64,000 bases of DNA from Halioglobus sp. (GCA_029287595.1 JARFQU010000035.1:88-64087); one strand, 5' to 3'; positions 1-11,988 are shown, counted from the first letter of the stretch. A program made the numbers and translations. Notes: generated by a model not told the origin, from the sequence alone.

Positions 1-2183
1 AGATAGCCCTGGATGATATGGGCGCCGTGCTGCCTGAGGAAGTGGTACTGCCCATCCGTTTCTACGCCCTCTGCGACCAGTTGCAGGTTCATGCTGCGCC
101 CCATGGCGATGATTGCGATGATCAGACTGGAATCATTGCGGCTCTTGTCGTAGTCGACGACAAAACTGCGATCGATCTTTAATTCATCCAGGGGGAAGCG
201 GCTGAGGTAGCTCAGGGAAGAATAACCCGTGCCGAAGTCGTCTATGGAGAGACTGACTCCCATCTCCTTCAGCTCTTCCAGCGAACTAATGGTAGCGTCG
301 GTATCTTCCATCATGATGCCCTCGGTCAATTCCAGTTCCAGGCGAGAGGGCTTTAACGCGGTTTCATGCAGCACTTCGCCCACGCGGGCAATAAAAGTCT
401 TATTGAATTGTAGGGCTGAGACGTTGACTGAAACCTTGGGCAGGTCCAGGCCCATGCCCTGGAACTCTATCATCTGGCGGCAGGCCTCCTGCAGACCCCA
501 CTCCCCCAGGGCTCTGATCAAGCCCATCTCCTCAGCCAGCGGAATGAACTTGAATGGGGGGATCAGGCCCTGCTCGGGGTGTTGCCAGCGCATGAGTGCT
601 TCTGCACCAACTACAGAGCCCGTTAAACTGTCGACCTGTGGTTGGTAATACAGCACCAGTTCATTGCGCTCCAGGGCTTTGCGCAGATCGGTTTCCAGTG
701 TGAGGCGTTCAACTCCGGCGGCATCCATGCCACTGTTGTAGAACAGGAAATTATTTTTACCCGAGCTTTTGGCGTGATACATGGCGGTATCCGCGGATTT
801 AAGTAGCCCCTCCACGTCCTCCGCATCCTGTGGTGCCACTGCGATACCGATGCTGGGGGTAACCACCAGCTCGTGCCCATCTATAATCATGGGCTTGATC
901 AGTGCACTGATCAGGCGCTGGGCGACAACGCCGGCAGACTCGGTGCTGTCCAGCTGGTTCAGCACCACTGTAAACTCGTCGCCCCCCAGCCGGGACACGT
1001 CTATCCTGGCATTGGATTCGACATAGTGTGCGACCACGTCACTATCACGTACACAGGCGGACAGGCGCTTGCCCACCTCGCGCAACAACAGGTCCCCGGC
1101 ACTGTGGCCCAGTGAATCGTTGATTCGCTTGAAGTTGTCCAGGTCCAGGAACAACAGTGCCAGCATCTCTTTGTTGCGCTTGGCAAGGCGCAGCAGCAGG
1201 TCCAGTTGCTCAGTGAACAGGCGTCGATTGGGCAGGGAAGTAAGGCTGTCATAGTAGGCCAGCTGCCGCAGCCTGTCTTTGGTCTCGGTAACTTCCCGTA
1301 CCGCCTTGTTCAATTCCTCATTGCGCCGGGAGAGCTGTACGGTGCGCTCTTCCACCTTCATGCTGAGCAGTTGGTGATCCACATCCATCTGGGTTTTGTA
1401 GCTGCTGATGTCGCCGATTATGGTGTTGAGCAGGGCGAAGATTTCCTTCAGTTCGCCGCCTCCCTCAAGGCGCATAGACTGGTCCAGCTTGCCGGCTGCG
1501 ATATCGTCAGCGACGCGCACCAGCAGTGAAAACGGGGCGGTGATTCTGCGGGTAAAAAAAATGCTGACAGCGGCACACAGCAGCACGAACAGCAGTGAAA
1601 ATCCAGCGGTGAGGGCGGCGGCGGGCAGGGTGCCACGCAGTAGCTGCAGACGACTTATACCCAGTTGTACATAACCTACCACATGCAGACTGGCCGCCTC
1701 TGTCGCGGTTGAGAGGGCTGCGCCGAAGGTTGAGCGGGAGACATTTTTCTCCAGCGGGTTGACCAGTGAAAGAACGGGCACTGTCAGTACATACAGGTGC
1801 TCAGCCATTCCCTGGTCAGTGGTTTGGCTGGTCAATACCTGGTCGGAGGGTGAGGCATTGCCCCGGATGTCGGGCAGTAGAGGAGCGTTTGCCGCCCTAC
1901 CTTTGCGTGCCAGAGGTGCCCCCGCGGGGTCATGAATTATGGCGTATTTGATGGCGGGGGAACTGCTGGTAAATCCCTCCAGCAAGTTGCCCAGTGCCCC
2001 GATATCACGATAGTAGATATCCAGTTGCAACTGGGGCTGGCTTGCGACTCCAGTGGAGGCTTGCTCGATGATTCGATCCAGTGAGTCACGATACTCGCTA
2101 TGCACTGTGTGTGCGATCAGCAGACATCCTGCAGCGGCCGCGATCGCAATGACCAGCGCATTGATCTTGCCCGCGACGGTCAA
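1..2183 (-). CDS. Membrane-anchored HAMP-GGDEF-EAL cyclic-di-GMP turnover protein, partial (C-terminal end runs off the left edge)
   Basis: Absent from the ORF track because it has no in-window stop. My minus-strand translation gives RLGGDEF (972-992), ELVLYYQP at the EAL start (~639-665) and IIQGYL at 1-20. It also shows a HAMP-like AAGKLDQSMRLEGGGELKEIF and two hydrophobic segments. No in-frame ATG lies after the upstream stop (2256-2258). TTG at 2183 (MTVAGKINALVIAIAAAAG) or CTG at 2255 are candidate starts. Confidence 0.85.
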   Translation of the reverse strand, partial: MTVAGKINALVIAIAAAAGCLLIAHTVHSEYRDSLDRIIEQASTGVASQPQLQLDIYYRDIGALGNLLEGFTSSSPAIKYAIIHDPAGAPLARKGRAANAPLLPDIRGNASPSDQVLTSQTTDQGMAEHLYVLTVPVLSLVNPLEKNVSRSTFGAALSTATEAASLHVVGYVQLGISRLQLLRGTLPAAALTAGFSLLFVLLCAAVSIFFTRRITAPFSLLVRVADDIAAGKLDQSMRLEGGGELKEIFALLNTIIGDISSYKTQMDVDHQLLSMKVEERTVQLSRRNEELNKAVREVTETKDRLRQLAYYDSLTSLPNRRLFTEQLDLLLRLAKRNKEMLALLFLDLDNFKRINDSLGHSAGDLLLREVGKRLSACVRDSDVVAHYVESNARIDVSRLGGDEFTVVLNQLDSTESAGVVAQRLISALIKPMIIDGHELVVTPSIGIAVAPQDAEDVEGLLKSADTAMYHAKSSGKNNFLFYNSGMDAAGVERLTLETDLRKALERNELVLYYQPQVDSLTGSVVGAEALMRWQHPEQGLIPPFKFIPLAEEMGLIRALGEWGLQEACRQMIEFQGMGLDLPKVSVNVSALQFNKTFIARVGEVLHETALKPSRLELELTEGIMMEDTDATISSLEELKEMGVSLSIDDFGTGYSSLSYLSRFPLDELKIDRSFVVDYDKSRNDSSLIIAIIAMGRSMNLQLVAEGVETDGQYHFLRQHGAHIIQGY

Positions 2184-2358
2184 GGCGTGCCGCTCCGCGT
2201 AAAGACTGCGCCCTGTCCGTGCATGCTGCCGGTCCTTGTCATGTTGATACCCCAGTTACCGGTGGCAGCTCTTTTTGTCGTACTGACTGCCTTGGCCGGC
2301 GCGCTCCCTGGCGATAATTACCGCCGGGCCACCGCGCTGAACAACCGCCTTTCTGGCG

Positions 2359-2380
2359 AACATAGCACGACTGCTATGTT
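2359..2380 (-). terminator. Hairpin downstream of the DUF1330 gene (9-bp perfect stem, 4-nt loop, no clear U-tract)
   Basis: aacatagca-cgac-tgctatgtt read directly. It lies 46 nt past the DUF1330 stop on the minus strand. The missing T-run keeps confidence low. Confidence 0.25.
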
Positions 2381-2425
2381 GGCGCAAACTGTAATAAAAA
2401 CAATCTCTTGGGACAACTCTATAAA

Positions 2426-2740
2426 CTACTTTCGCGGTGGCAGGCCGTGTACCATGGTAATGAACTTCAGTTCTGTCCCGGCGCGACGGTGCTCGGACAG
2501 TGCCTGGTAATCCGGGTCGTTATACCACTCGGTGGCGGCTTGCTCCGACGGGAACATAAACATCACCACACGACCCTCGCGGGGATCGGCTCCCTCAAAG
2601 GTGAGAGGACTGTCGTCGTAAGTGAAGAATTCACCGCCGTGGCGCTTGAGAATGGGGAAAAACCCCTTCTCATATTTGCGGTATTCATCCGCATCATTAA
2701 CGATGAAGTTGGCGATGACATAGGCAGGTGCTGCTGACAT
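2426..2740 (-). CDS. DUF1330 family protein
   Basis: 104-aa ORF MSAAPAYVIANFIVNDADEYRKYEKGFFPILKRHGGEFFTYDD... This matches my recollection of the DUF1330 (dimeric alpha/beta barrel) family in length and motif pattern. Confidence 0.75.
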   Translation of the reverse strand: MSAAPAYVIANFIVNDADEYRKYEKGFFPILKRHGGEFFTYDDSPLTFEGADPREGRVVMFMFPSEQAATEWYNDPDYQALSEHRRAGTELKFITMVHGLPPRK

Positions 2741-2824
2741 GGGTGGCCTCCGGCAGGTGTCGATTTTGGGATGTCAGATGATAGCCCATGGGGCGGGTTG
2801 TAACACAACTTCTGTTGAGAAAAG

Positions 2825-2909
2825 TGGTACCGGTGGGCGGACTCGAACCGCCACTGCTTGCGCAACCAGATTTTGAATCTAGCGTGTCTACCAATTTCAC
2901 CACACCGGC
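2825..2909 (-). tRNA. tRNA-Leu (anticodon CAA)
   Basis: Reverse complement reads GCCGGTGTGGTGAAATTGGTAGACACGCTAGATTCAAAATCTGGTTGCGCAAGCAGTGGCGGTTCGAGTCCGCCCACCGGTACCA. It has an acceptor stem, D-loop, anticodon stem CTAGA/TCTGG with loop TTCAAAA, a long variable arm, T-arm GGCGG-TTCGAGT-CCGCC and an encoded CCA. Confidence 0.93.
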
Positions 2910-2958
2910 ACAGGAGGGTTGGGTGCGGTGCCAGCACCGCCCCATCGGGGAGCGCGCG

Positions 2959-2986
2959 ATTATAGCAACCGGCGCTTAAAGTTCAA
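2959..2986 (-). promoter_or_regulatory. Candidate sigma70 promoter for tRNA-Leu
   Basis: Minus strand reads TTGAAC-16 nt-TATAAT, followed by a GC-rich discriminator (CGCGCGCTCC) typical of stringently controlled stable-RNA promoters. It lies ~50 nt upstream of the mature tRNA 5' end. Confidence 0.45.
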
Positions 2987-3107
2987 TAAATTTTCCCTTA
3001 ACCCGCGTCGGATTTGCCTGTAAACTCCGCGCCAGTTGAAAAGTGAACCCCTGAACTACAAGTCACCCACGGGGTGGCGATCTGAGTACCTTTAAGGAGA
3101 AAGGACC

Positions 3108-3458
3108 ATGGCCATGAAATTGGTTAAGAAAACAGCAGAATACAGCATCTATCAGCGCAGCGACGAGCGCTACGCGGTAAAGGACGCCAACAAAAAATCA
3201 GTCAACGGTGATGAAAAAGTACGCATTCTGGTGGCTGAGGAATTGATCAAGGTAGCCCTGCCCGCAGAACCGGAACCCGAGCCGGAACCTGAAGTCGAAG
3301 AGGAAGAGCCCGCTGCTGAAGCTGAAGAAGTTGTAGCTGAGGAGGCCGCTGCAGAAGAGGCGCCTGCCGAGGAAGAGGCCCCGGCCGCAGAGGAAGCTCC
3401 AGCTGAGGAAGCTCCTGCAGAGGAAGAAGCTCCCGCAGAGGAAGATGACAAGAAGTAG
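3108..3458 (+). CDS. Small bipartite protein: basic 51-aa N-terminal domain plus 65-aa Glu/Ala/Pro acidic repeat tail
   Basis: 116-aa ORF with a strong SD (AAGGAGA 8 nt upstream) and an intrinsic terminator right after the stop. The tail is [23 protein letters not shown]...[22 protein letters not shown] (28 Glu + 2 Asp in the last 65 residues by my count). No family recognised. Confidence 0.75.
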   Translation: MAMKLVKKTAEYSIYQRSDERYAVKDANKKSVNGDEKVRILVAEELIKVALPAEPEPEPEPEVEEEEPAAEAEEVVAEEAAAEEAPAEEEAPAAEEAPAEEAPAEEEAPAEEDDKK

Positions 3459-3479
3459 GTCTTCATGCCGAGCATCTGC

Positions 3480-3505
3480 AAGCCGGCCCCGCGCCGGCTT
3501 TTTTG
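3480..3505 (+). terminator. Rho-independent terminator after the acidic-protein gene
   Basis: aagccggc-cccgc-gccggctt gives an 8-bp GC-rich stem and 5-nt loop, followed by a T-run (3499-3504). Confidence 0.75.
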
Positions 3506-3508
3506 TCT

Positions 3509-5694
<2,186 letters not shown>

Positions 5695-6015
5695 TTGTAC
5701 AAGCTCGGATTCTATGTGCCACAAAGCCACCTGGAACAGGTCAAGGAAGCGCTGTTTACTGCGGGCGCGGGACGCATTGGTGATTACGAAAAATGCTGCT
5801 GGCAGGTGTTGGGGCAGGGGCAGTTTCGCCCCCAGGCCGGCAGCAATCCCTTTATCGGGGCGTCCGGAGAGCTGGAGCGAGTGGCGGAGTATCGGGTGGA
5901 GTTGGTGTGCGCGCCGGAGTGTGTGCGCTCTGTGGTTGCCGCGCTGCAGCGCGCGCACCCCTACGAGGAGCCTGCCTGGGACCTGGTGCAACTGATAACG
6001 GAATTGCCCTCATAA
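5695..6015 (+). CDS. YqfO / Nif3 C-terminal-like small protein
   Basis: 106-aa ORF with a TTG start immediately after the tgt stop. MYKLGFYVPQSHLEQVKEALFTAGAGRIGDYEKCCWQVLGQGQFRP... matches my recollection of the ~100-aa YqfO-family proteins of pseudomonads. Confidence 0.7.
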   Translation: MYKLGFYVPQSHLEQVKEALFTAGAGRIGDYEKCCWQVLGQGQFRPQAGSNPFIGASGELERVAEYRVELVCAPECVRSVVAALQRAHPYEEPAWDLVQLITELPS

Positions 6016-6632
6016 TGATCCCGCACAACTCGGTTTTTCAACGCCTGCAGGCGCGGCTACCGTTGCACAGACGGGAATGGAGTTCGGATCTCGATGCCGT
6101 ATCCCGGCCCCAGGCGGCGGTGCTGGTGACGCTCTCCGACAGCCCGCAACCCGAGGTTCTGCTGGGGCGCAGGGCCATGCATTTGCCCCTGCACCCGGGA
6201 GAAGTAGCCTTTCCCGGCGGTAAACGCGAAGTGGAAGACGCTTCGCCCTGGGCCACCGCAATACGTGAGGCCGTGGAAGAGGTTGGGCTCGATGCGCAGC
6301 AGGTGTCTCCGCTGGGTGAACTGCCCCCGCTGGTTACCCGCACCGGCTTCGAGGTGTACCCTTGTATAGCACGCGTGCCGGCCGGTTTGGCCCTGGTTGT
6401 AGACCCCGGCGAGTTCGACAGTCTGTTCCAGTTGCAACTGGACACATTTGCCGATCCCGCGCTGTTTCGCCTGGAGGAAATGTCGGATGGCGAGCGCTCG
6501 CGCATGGTTCCCCACTACCAGGTCGAGCAGGACAATATCTGGGGGGTGACCGCGGCGGTACTGGCACAACTGGCCAATGTCGCCTACGATGCGGGCCTTG
6601 ATTTACAACGAGACTGGAAACTAACACCATGA
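6015..6632 (+). CDS. NUDIX hydrolase, CoA pyrophosphatase type (NudL-like)
   Basis: Nudix box [25 protein letters not shown], preceded by [21 protein letters not shown] (CoA-pyrophosphatase signature). ATG 6015 overlaps the previous stop (TAATG). The track's 5793 start is a spurious upstream extension. Confidence 0.85.
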   Translation: MIPHNSVFQRLQARLPLHRREWSSDLDAVSRPQAAVLVTLSDSPQPEVLLGRRAMHLPLHPGEVAFPGGKREVEDASPWATAIREAVEEVGLDAQQVSPLGELPPLVTRTGFEVYPCIARVPAGLALVVDPGEFDSLFQLQLDTFADPALFRLEEMSDGERSRMVPHYQVEQDNIWGVTAAVLAQLANVAYDAGLDLQRDWKLTP

Positions 6633-7153
6633 AATACAGCCTGGGTGATTTACGGGTAAAGCTCCTCGGGGAAGGTCACTTTATCGCTCCCAATGCCGCC
6701 GTTATCGGTGATGTCACGCTGCATGAAAACGCCAGCGTGTGGTTCTCATGCACCCTGCGCGGTGATGCGGATAGCATCGAGATTGGCGCCGGTAGCAATA
6801 TCCAGGATGGTACAGTGATCCATGCGGATCCCGGCTTTCCCACGGTGGTGGGTGAGCAGGTGACCGTGGGGCACAATGCCATGCTGCACGGCTGCACCGT
6901 CGGTGACGGTTCACTGGTCGGTATCAATGCGGTGGTGCTCAACGGGGCCGTCATCGGCAAGGGTTGCCTGATAGGCGCCAATGCACTGGTGACCGAGGGC
7001 ATGCAGATTCCCGATGGTTCCCTGGTGCTGGGTTCCCCGGCGAAGATTCGCTCTCAGTTATCGCCGGAGCAGCAACTGGCATTGATGCATAATGCGGATC
7101 ACTACATGGGCAATGCCCGGCGCTTCACCGGGCAACTGGAGGAACAGGAATGA
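6629..7153 (+). CDS. Gamma-carbonic-anhydrase-like hexapeptide-repeat protein (YrdA/PaaY family)
   Basis: The whole length aligns with E. coli YrdA, e.g. IGDV...[10 protein letters not shown]...[16 protein letters not shown]...[15 protein letters not shown]. Its start overlaps the upstream stop (ATGA). Confidence 0.9.
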   Translation: MKYSLGDLRVKLLGEGHFIAPNAAVIGDVTLHENASVWFSCTLRGDADSIEIGAGSNIQDGTVIHADPGFPTVVGEQVTVGHNAMLHGCTVGDGSLVGINAVVLNGAVIGKGCLIGANALVTEGMQIPDGSLVLGSPAKIRSQLSPEQQLALMHNADHYMGNARRFTGQLEEQE

Positions 7154-7341
7154 CGGATGCCGAGCCACAATCTCCCTGTATCTCGGTCTGCCTGCTGGAT
7201 GAGCAGGATATCTGTGTCGGTTGCTACCGCTCGGCGGACGAAATTACCGACTGGTTTATGACCGATGCGCAGGGCAAATGCGAAATTCTGCAGCGTGCGC
7301 GAGAGAGGCTGAAGGCCTCAACGGATATTCGCCTGAGCTAG
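7150..7341 (+). CDS. DUF1289 (YdhL-like) small Cys-rich protein
   Basis: 63 aa with [28 protein letters not shown], the characteristic DUF1289 Cys pattern. A 4-bp overlap joins it to the upstream gene. Confidence 0.8.
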   Translation: MTDAEPQSPCISVCLLDEQDICVGCYRSADEITDWFMTDAQGKCEILQRARERLKASTDIRLS

Positions 7342-8603
7342 TGCACTCTGCCGCTGAGTTGTACCCGGGCCGCCTGCACCACATTACCCTCCAGTTTCAG
7401 AATCTCCAGCCGATACCTGCCTATGGCTAATCCGGTATTGGCGTCCGGGAAGGATTCCAGGTGCTCCAGGATCAGGCCGGACAGGGTTTTGGGTCCATCG
7501 GTGGGCAGCTTCCAGTGCAGCGTCTTGTTGATTTCCCGGATATTCGCGGTACCGTCGATGATAAAGCTGCCGTCGCGCTGGGGGTGAATGTCTTCCTCGG
7601 CGTCTGCCATGCTGGAGGTAAACTCGCCGACGATTTCCTCCAGAATGTCCTCCAGGGCCACCAGTCCGAGCACATCCCCGTACTCATCCACCACCACAGC
7701 CAGCGGTTTTTTCTTTTGCTGGAAGTTCAGTAACTGGGTGTGCAGCGGCGTACTCTCGGGGATGAAGTAGGGCTTTTCCATCTCTCGCTCCAGCGCTTCC
7801 CTGTCCAGTCCCTGCGGGTCAATCACGCGACTGATGCTGCGGGTGTGCAGCATACCGACAATATTGTTGATGTCCTCGCGCCATACCGGCAGGCGGGTGT
7901 GCGAACTGGTCTGGATGCAGCGCAGGATGTCATCGTCGCTGTCGTCCAGGTCCACGCCATAGACCTCGTTGCGTGGCACCATGATGTCATCCACGGTGAC
8001 CTCTTCCAGGTCCAGGATGTTCAGCAGCATGCCGCGGTGCCTGGAGGGGATCAGCTGCCCGGCATCGGTGACAATGGTGCGCAACTCCTCTGAAGAAACA
8101 TGCTCATCGTCCATTTTGGCGGGGTCGAAGCCCATTATGCGCAGCAGGCCGTTGGTAACACCGTTCACCAGTGCCACAACCGGGTACATGAGCTTCATCA
8201 GCGGTATCAATATCAGGCTTGCGGGAAAGGCTATTCTCTCCGGGTGCATTGCGGCAATGGTCTTGGGTGTTATTTCCGCGAATATCAGGATCACCAGTGT
8301 CAGTGCGGCGGTGGCGATGAAGATCCCCGCGTCACCCCAAAGGCGTATGGCGATCACCGTGGCGATCGCCGAGGCGAATATATTCACCAGGTTGTTGCCG
8401 ATCAGGATCAGGCCTATCAGCCTATCCGGGCGCTGCAGCAGCTTGCCGGCGCGAATTGCGCCCCGATGCTTGTTTTTCTGTAGATGCTTCAACCGGTAGC
8501 GGTTGAGGGACATCATGCCGGTTTCAGAGCTCGAGAAAAAGCCGGATAGAATGACGAGTGCTGCGAGAATCGAGAAAAGTAGACCCAGCGGTGCTTCGTT
8601 CAA
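7338..8603 (-). CDS. HlyC/CorC family transporter (DUF21-CBS pair-CorC_HlyC)
   Basis: 421 aa with four N-terminal TM helices, SSSETGMMSL, a CBS region (VDDIMVPRNEV...) and a C-terminal CorC/HlyC domain. Confidence 0.9.
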   Translation of the reverse strand: MNEAPLGLLFSILAALVILSGFFSSSETGMMSLNRYRLKHLQKNKHRGAIRAGKLLQRPDRLIGLILIGNNLVNIFASAIATVIAIRLWGDAGIFIATAALTLVILIFAEITPKTIAAMHPERIAFPASLILIPLMKLMYPVVALVNGVTNGLLRIMGFDPAKMDDEHVSSEELRTIVTDAGQLIPSRHRGMLLNILDLEEVTVDDIMVPRNEVYGVDLDDSDDDILRCIQTSSHTRLPVWREDINNIVGMLHTRSISRVIDPQGLDREALEREMEKPYFIPESTPLHTQLLNFQQKKKPLAVVVDEYGDVLGLVALEDILEEIVGEFTSSMADAEEDIHPQRDGSFIIDGTANIREINKTLHWKLPTDGPKTLSGLILEHLESFPDANTGLAIGRYRLEILKLEGNVVQAARVQLSGRVH

Positions 8604-8682
8604 CTGAGTTGTGAACCCCGTGCTTGGAAAGAGCGGGTATCTTGAAGAAAAAGATCCGTGGGATCAAGCACTGATAAAGGCG

Positions 8683-9486
8683 TCATGCACGCTGCAGCAC
8701 CAGCTCCAGCACCAGCTTGGAACCAAAAAATGCCAGCATCAGTAGGGCGAAGCCCGCCAGGGTCAGGCGCACGGCAGTCTGGCTGCGCCAGCCGAGTTGG
8801 TAGTGGCCCCACAGCAGTAGTGAGAACAGTAGCCAGGCTATCATGGTGAGCACTGTTTTGTGCACCAGGCTCTGGGCGAAGATGTCGTCGATGAACACAA
8901 AGCCTGAAACGATGGCAATAGTCAGCAGGGAAACGCCGATCCACAGCAGTTCAAACAGCATGCTCTCCATTAATTGCAATGGCGGTAGTATTTGTATGAT
9001 ACCCCGGGTGTGGCGGTGTTTGAGTTGGTGATCCTGCGCTGCCAGCAGGGCAGATTGCACCGCCGCCAGGGTCAGCACCGCGTAGGCCAGGATCGAACTG
9101 CTGATATGCAGCATCATGCCGGCGCTGAGTTGGCTGGATACCGGGGCGGTATCGGGTGCGAAGGTGGAAACAAGTACCGCCAGTGCCGACAGCGGAAACA
9201 GTGCAATCAACAAGTTTTGTAGTGGTCGCCGTGCCAGGGAGCTGATGCAGGCCACGTTGATCACCAGGAACATCAGCGCGGATACCTTGTAAAAGCCCAG
9301 GTTGACGCCGCCTCCGGCAAAGACCGTTTCCCAGGTAACCACGGCATGACACAGCAGGGCGACCAGGCTGACCGCGACGACCGCGCGATTGACCTGCTGG
9401 CGTCGCTGGGAAACATGCAGCAACAGCAGTCCCGCTGCGACCAGGTACATCAGGGCGGCGATTGGGGCAATAAAGTTGGCAGACAT
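8683..9486 (-). CDS. Cytochrome c assembly family inner-membrane protein (YpjD-like)
   Basis: Polytopic membrane protein starting MSANFIAPIAALMYLVAAGLLLL, divergent from ffh as in many gammaproteobacteria. The track ORF 8683..10224 is extended upstream through the antisense of ffh, so ATG 9486 (in frame) is chosen. Confidence 0.8.
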   Translation of the reverse strand: MSANFIAPIAALMYLVAAGLLLLHVSQRRQQVNRAVVAVSLVALLCHAVVTWETVFAGGGVNLGFYKVSALMFLVINVACISSLARRPLQNLLIALFPLSALAVLVSTFAPDTAPVSSQLSAGMMLHISSSILAYAVLTLAAVQSALLAAQDHQLKHRHTRGIIQILPPLQLMESMLFELLWIGVSLLTIAIVSGFVFIDDIFAQSLVHKTVLTMIAWLLFSLLLWGHYQLGWRSQTAVRLTLAGFALLMLAFFGSKLVLELVLQRA

Positions 9487-9597
9487 CTGTTTGGGGGTTG
9501 GGCCCGGGTAACGTATACTTCGCACCTTTGTACCGGCTTGTCCTGCCATAATCAATAGCGGCCACAATAGTAGTCCGGATAACCCCGAGAGAGACCC

Positions 9598-10989
9598 ATG
9601 TTCCAGAGTTTGAGTGATCGACTTTCCCAGAGCCTGCGCAATGTTACCGGCAAGGCCCGGTTGAGCGAGGAAAACATCCAGGAAACCCTGCGCGAGGTGC
9701 GCATGGCGCTGCTGGAGGCCGATGTGGCGCTGCCGGTGGTGAAAGATTTCGTGGAATCGATCAAGCAGCGCGCCCTTGGCCAGGAGGTGATGAAAAGCCT
9801 CAGCCCCGGTCAGGCCTTCCTGAAGATTGTGCAGGATGAGCTGGAAACAGTGATGGGCAGTGCCAACGAGGGTTTGGACCTGGCTACCACGCCCCCCGCG
9901 GTGATTATGATGGCCGGGCTGCAGGGCGCGGGTAAAACAACCACCGTGGCGAAGTTGGCCAAGCTGCTCAAGGAGCGCGACAAGAAAAAAGTCACCGTGG
10001 TCAGCGCGGATATCTATCGGCCCGCGGCGATAAAGCAGCTGGAGACGCTGGCGGCGGAAGTGGGCGCGGATTTTTTCCCCAGCGATGCGGGGCAGAAGCC
10101 AATTGACATCGTCCAAGCGGCCGTGGCGCACGCGAAAATACAGTTCAGTGACGTGCTGATCGTGGATACAGCGGGGCGCCTGGCGATAGACCAGGAGATG
10201 ATGAAAGAAATCGCTGAGCTGCATGGGGCGATTAATCCCGTAGAAACCCTGTTCGTGGTGGATGCCATGACCGGTCAGGATGCGGCGACTACGGCCAAGG
10301 CTTTCGGGGAGGCACTGCCGCTGACCGGCGTTATTCTTACCAAGGTAGACGCCGATACCCGTGGTGGTGCCGCGCTATCGGTGCGCTCGGTGACGGGTAA
10401 GCCGATCAAGTTTCTCGGCGTGGGTGAAAAGACGGCTGCCCTGGATCCCTTCCACCCCGACCGCCTTGCCTCGCGCATTCTGGGTATGGGCGATGTACTG
10501 TCGCTGATAGAAGAGGCAGAACAGAAGGTCGATAAGCAAAAGGCCGAACGTCTCGCGCGCAAGGTGCGCAAGGGGCAGCGCTTTGACCTGGAGGATTTTC
10601 GCGACCAGTTACAACAGATGAATAACATGGGCGGCATCACCGGTATGCTGGACAAGCTGCCCGGCATGGGCAATATGGCCCAGGCGGCGCAGAACCTGGA
10701 TATGAAAATGTTCGCCCGCATGGAAGCCATGATCAATTCCATGACACCCGACGAACGCCGCCGTCCCGAACTGATACAGGGTTCGCGCAAGCGGCGTATT
10801 ACCCAGGGCTCCGGTACCCAGGTGCAGGACCTCAATCGCCTGCTCAAACAGCACAAGCAGATGCAGAAAATGATGAAAAAGATGAAAGGCGGTGGCATGG
10901 AGAAGATGATGCGCGGCCTGGGTGGTATGGGAGGCGCCGGTGGTCCCGGTGGTATGGGCGGTGGCCCGGGAGGCCTGCCTTTCCGCTAA
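9598..10989 (+). CDS. ffh: Signal recognition particle protein
   Basis: GLQGAGKTTT P-loop, DTAGR, TKVDADTRGGAALS, a Met-rich M domain and a Gly-rich C-terminal tail. Confidence 0.97.
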   Translation: MFQSLSDRLSQSLRNVTGKARLSEENIQETLREVRMALLEADVALPVVKDFVESIKQRALGQEVMKSLSPGQAFLKIVQDELETVMGSANEGLDLATTPPAVIMMAGLQGAGKTTTVAKLAKLLKERDKKKVTVVSADIYRPAAIKQLETLAAEVGADFFPSDAGQKPIDIVQAAVAHAKIQFSDVLIVDTAGRLAIDQEMMKEIAELHGAINPVETLFVVDAMTGQDAATTAKAFGEALPLTGVILTKVDADTRGGAALSVRSVTGKPIKFLGVGEKTAALDPFHPDRLASRILGMGDVLSLIEEAEQKVDKQKAERLARKVRKGQRFDLEDFRDQLQQMNNMGGITGMLDKLPGMGNMAQAAQNLDMKMFARMEAMINSMTPDERRRPELIQGSRKRRITQGSGTQVQDLNRLLKQHKQMQKMMKKMKGGGMEKMMRGLGGMGGAGGPGGMGGGPGGLPFR

Positions 10990-11099
10990 GGTGCGGAATT
11001 TACTAAAAAATTTCCTCGGCCGGGGTTTAAAAACAGACCCGTTTTCCGTATGATACGCCACCTTTCCGGCCTGCGTGTCGGTTTTTGTCGTGGATGATG

Positions 11100-11128
11100 T
11101 TGCAAGATCGCAGCAAATCCCCACTAAT
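11100..11128 (+). promoter_or_regulatory. Candidate promoter of the rpsP-rimM-trmD-rplS operon
   Basis: TTGCAA-17 nt-ACTAAT, ~20 nt upstream of the rpsP start. The -10 match is moderate only. Confidence 0.3.
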
Positions 11129-11147
11129 TTTTAGGAATTAATGAAAA

Positions 11148-11396
11148 ATGGTCACAATTCGTCTTGCTCGCGGCGGTTCCAAGAAGCGCCCGTTTTACCA
11201 CCTGACTGTCTCTGACAGCCGCAATTCGCGCAACGGCCGCTTTATAGAGCGTGTGGGTTTCTTCAACCCGGTTGCCCGTGGCCAGGAAGAGCGCCTGCGT
11301 GTCGACAACGACCGCATCGAGTACTGGCAGGGCCAGGGTGCACAGTTGTCTGAGCGCGTTGCCAAGCTGGTGAAGGATGCAGCTGTCGCAGCCTGA
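11148..11396 (+). CDS. rpsP: 30S ribosomal protein S16
   Basis: [41 protein letters not shown]. Confidence 0.97.
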   Translation: MVTIRLARGGSKKRPFYHLTVSDSRNSRNGRFIERVGFFNPVARGQEERLRVDNDRIEYWQGQGAQLSERVAKLVKDAAVAA

Positions 11397-11422
11397 ATCG
11401 GGCTGTTAGCGGGGCGGGTTTG

Positions 11423-11965
11423 ATGGGTGAGCCCGAAACCAGCGCTACCATGGCCGTCGGTAAGATCACCGGCTGTTACGGCATCAAGGGCTGGGTAAAA
11501 ATTCACTCATATACCGATCCACAGGAGAATTTTCTGGGATTCGGGCAGTTACAGCTGCGGCGTGGCAGGGCATTGGAGCCCGTGGAGTTCGACGCCGGCA
11601 GGCGCCAGGGTAGAGGTCTGGTGGCGCACATTGTCGGGGTAGACGACCGCGATGTGGCGGAGTCCTACCGGGGCCTGGAGATACTGGCCAGCGCAGACAG
11701 CCTGCCAGATCTGGAAGAGGGCGACTATTACTGGCACCAGCTGCAGGGTTTGCAGGTCTGGTGCGGCCAGGGTGATGAGCGGGAGTTGCTGGGCACAGTG
11801 GACTACCTGATCGAAACCGGTGGTAATGACGTGCTGGTGGTGAAAGCCAGCGACCAGAGCATTGATGACAGGGAGCGCCTGATTCCCTACCTGCCGGACG
11901 ACGTGGTCACCCGGGTGGACCTGGAGCAGGGCGTGATAGAGGTTGACTGGTTCCTCGACGAGTAG
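11423..11965 (+). CDS. rimM: 16S rRNA processing protein RimM
   Basis: [20 protein letters not shown] and [15 protein letters not shown] (PRC barrel). The start is ambiguous among TTG 11420, ATG 11423 and ATG 11450. Confidence 0.92.
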   Translation: MGEPETSATMAVGKITGCYGIKGWVKIHSYTDPQENFLGFGQLQLRRGRALEPVEFDAGRRQGRGLVAHIVGVDDRDVAESYRGLEILASADSLPDLEEGDYYWHQLQGLQVWCGQGDERELLGTVDYLIETGGNDVLVVKASDQSIDDRERLIPYLPDDVVTRVDLEQGVIEVDWFLDE

Positions 11966-11988
11966 GAGCCACATGGAGACAGGGCGGA

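Noticed and set aside
9487-10224. The N-terminal 246 codons of track ORF 8683..10224 (513 aa, minus strand).
   Set aside because: This part is antisense to ffh and reads as GC-rich shadow-frame sequence (HRGGRGSQVQ...). The membrane protein begins cleanly at in-frame ATG 9486, divergent from ffh.
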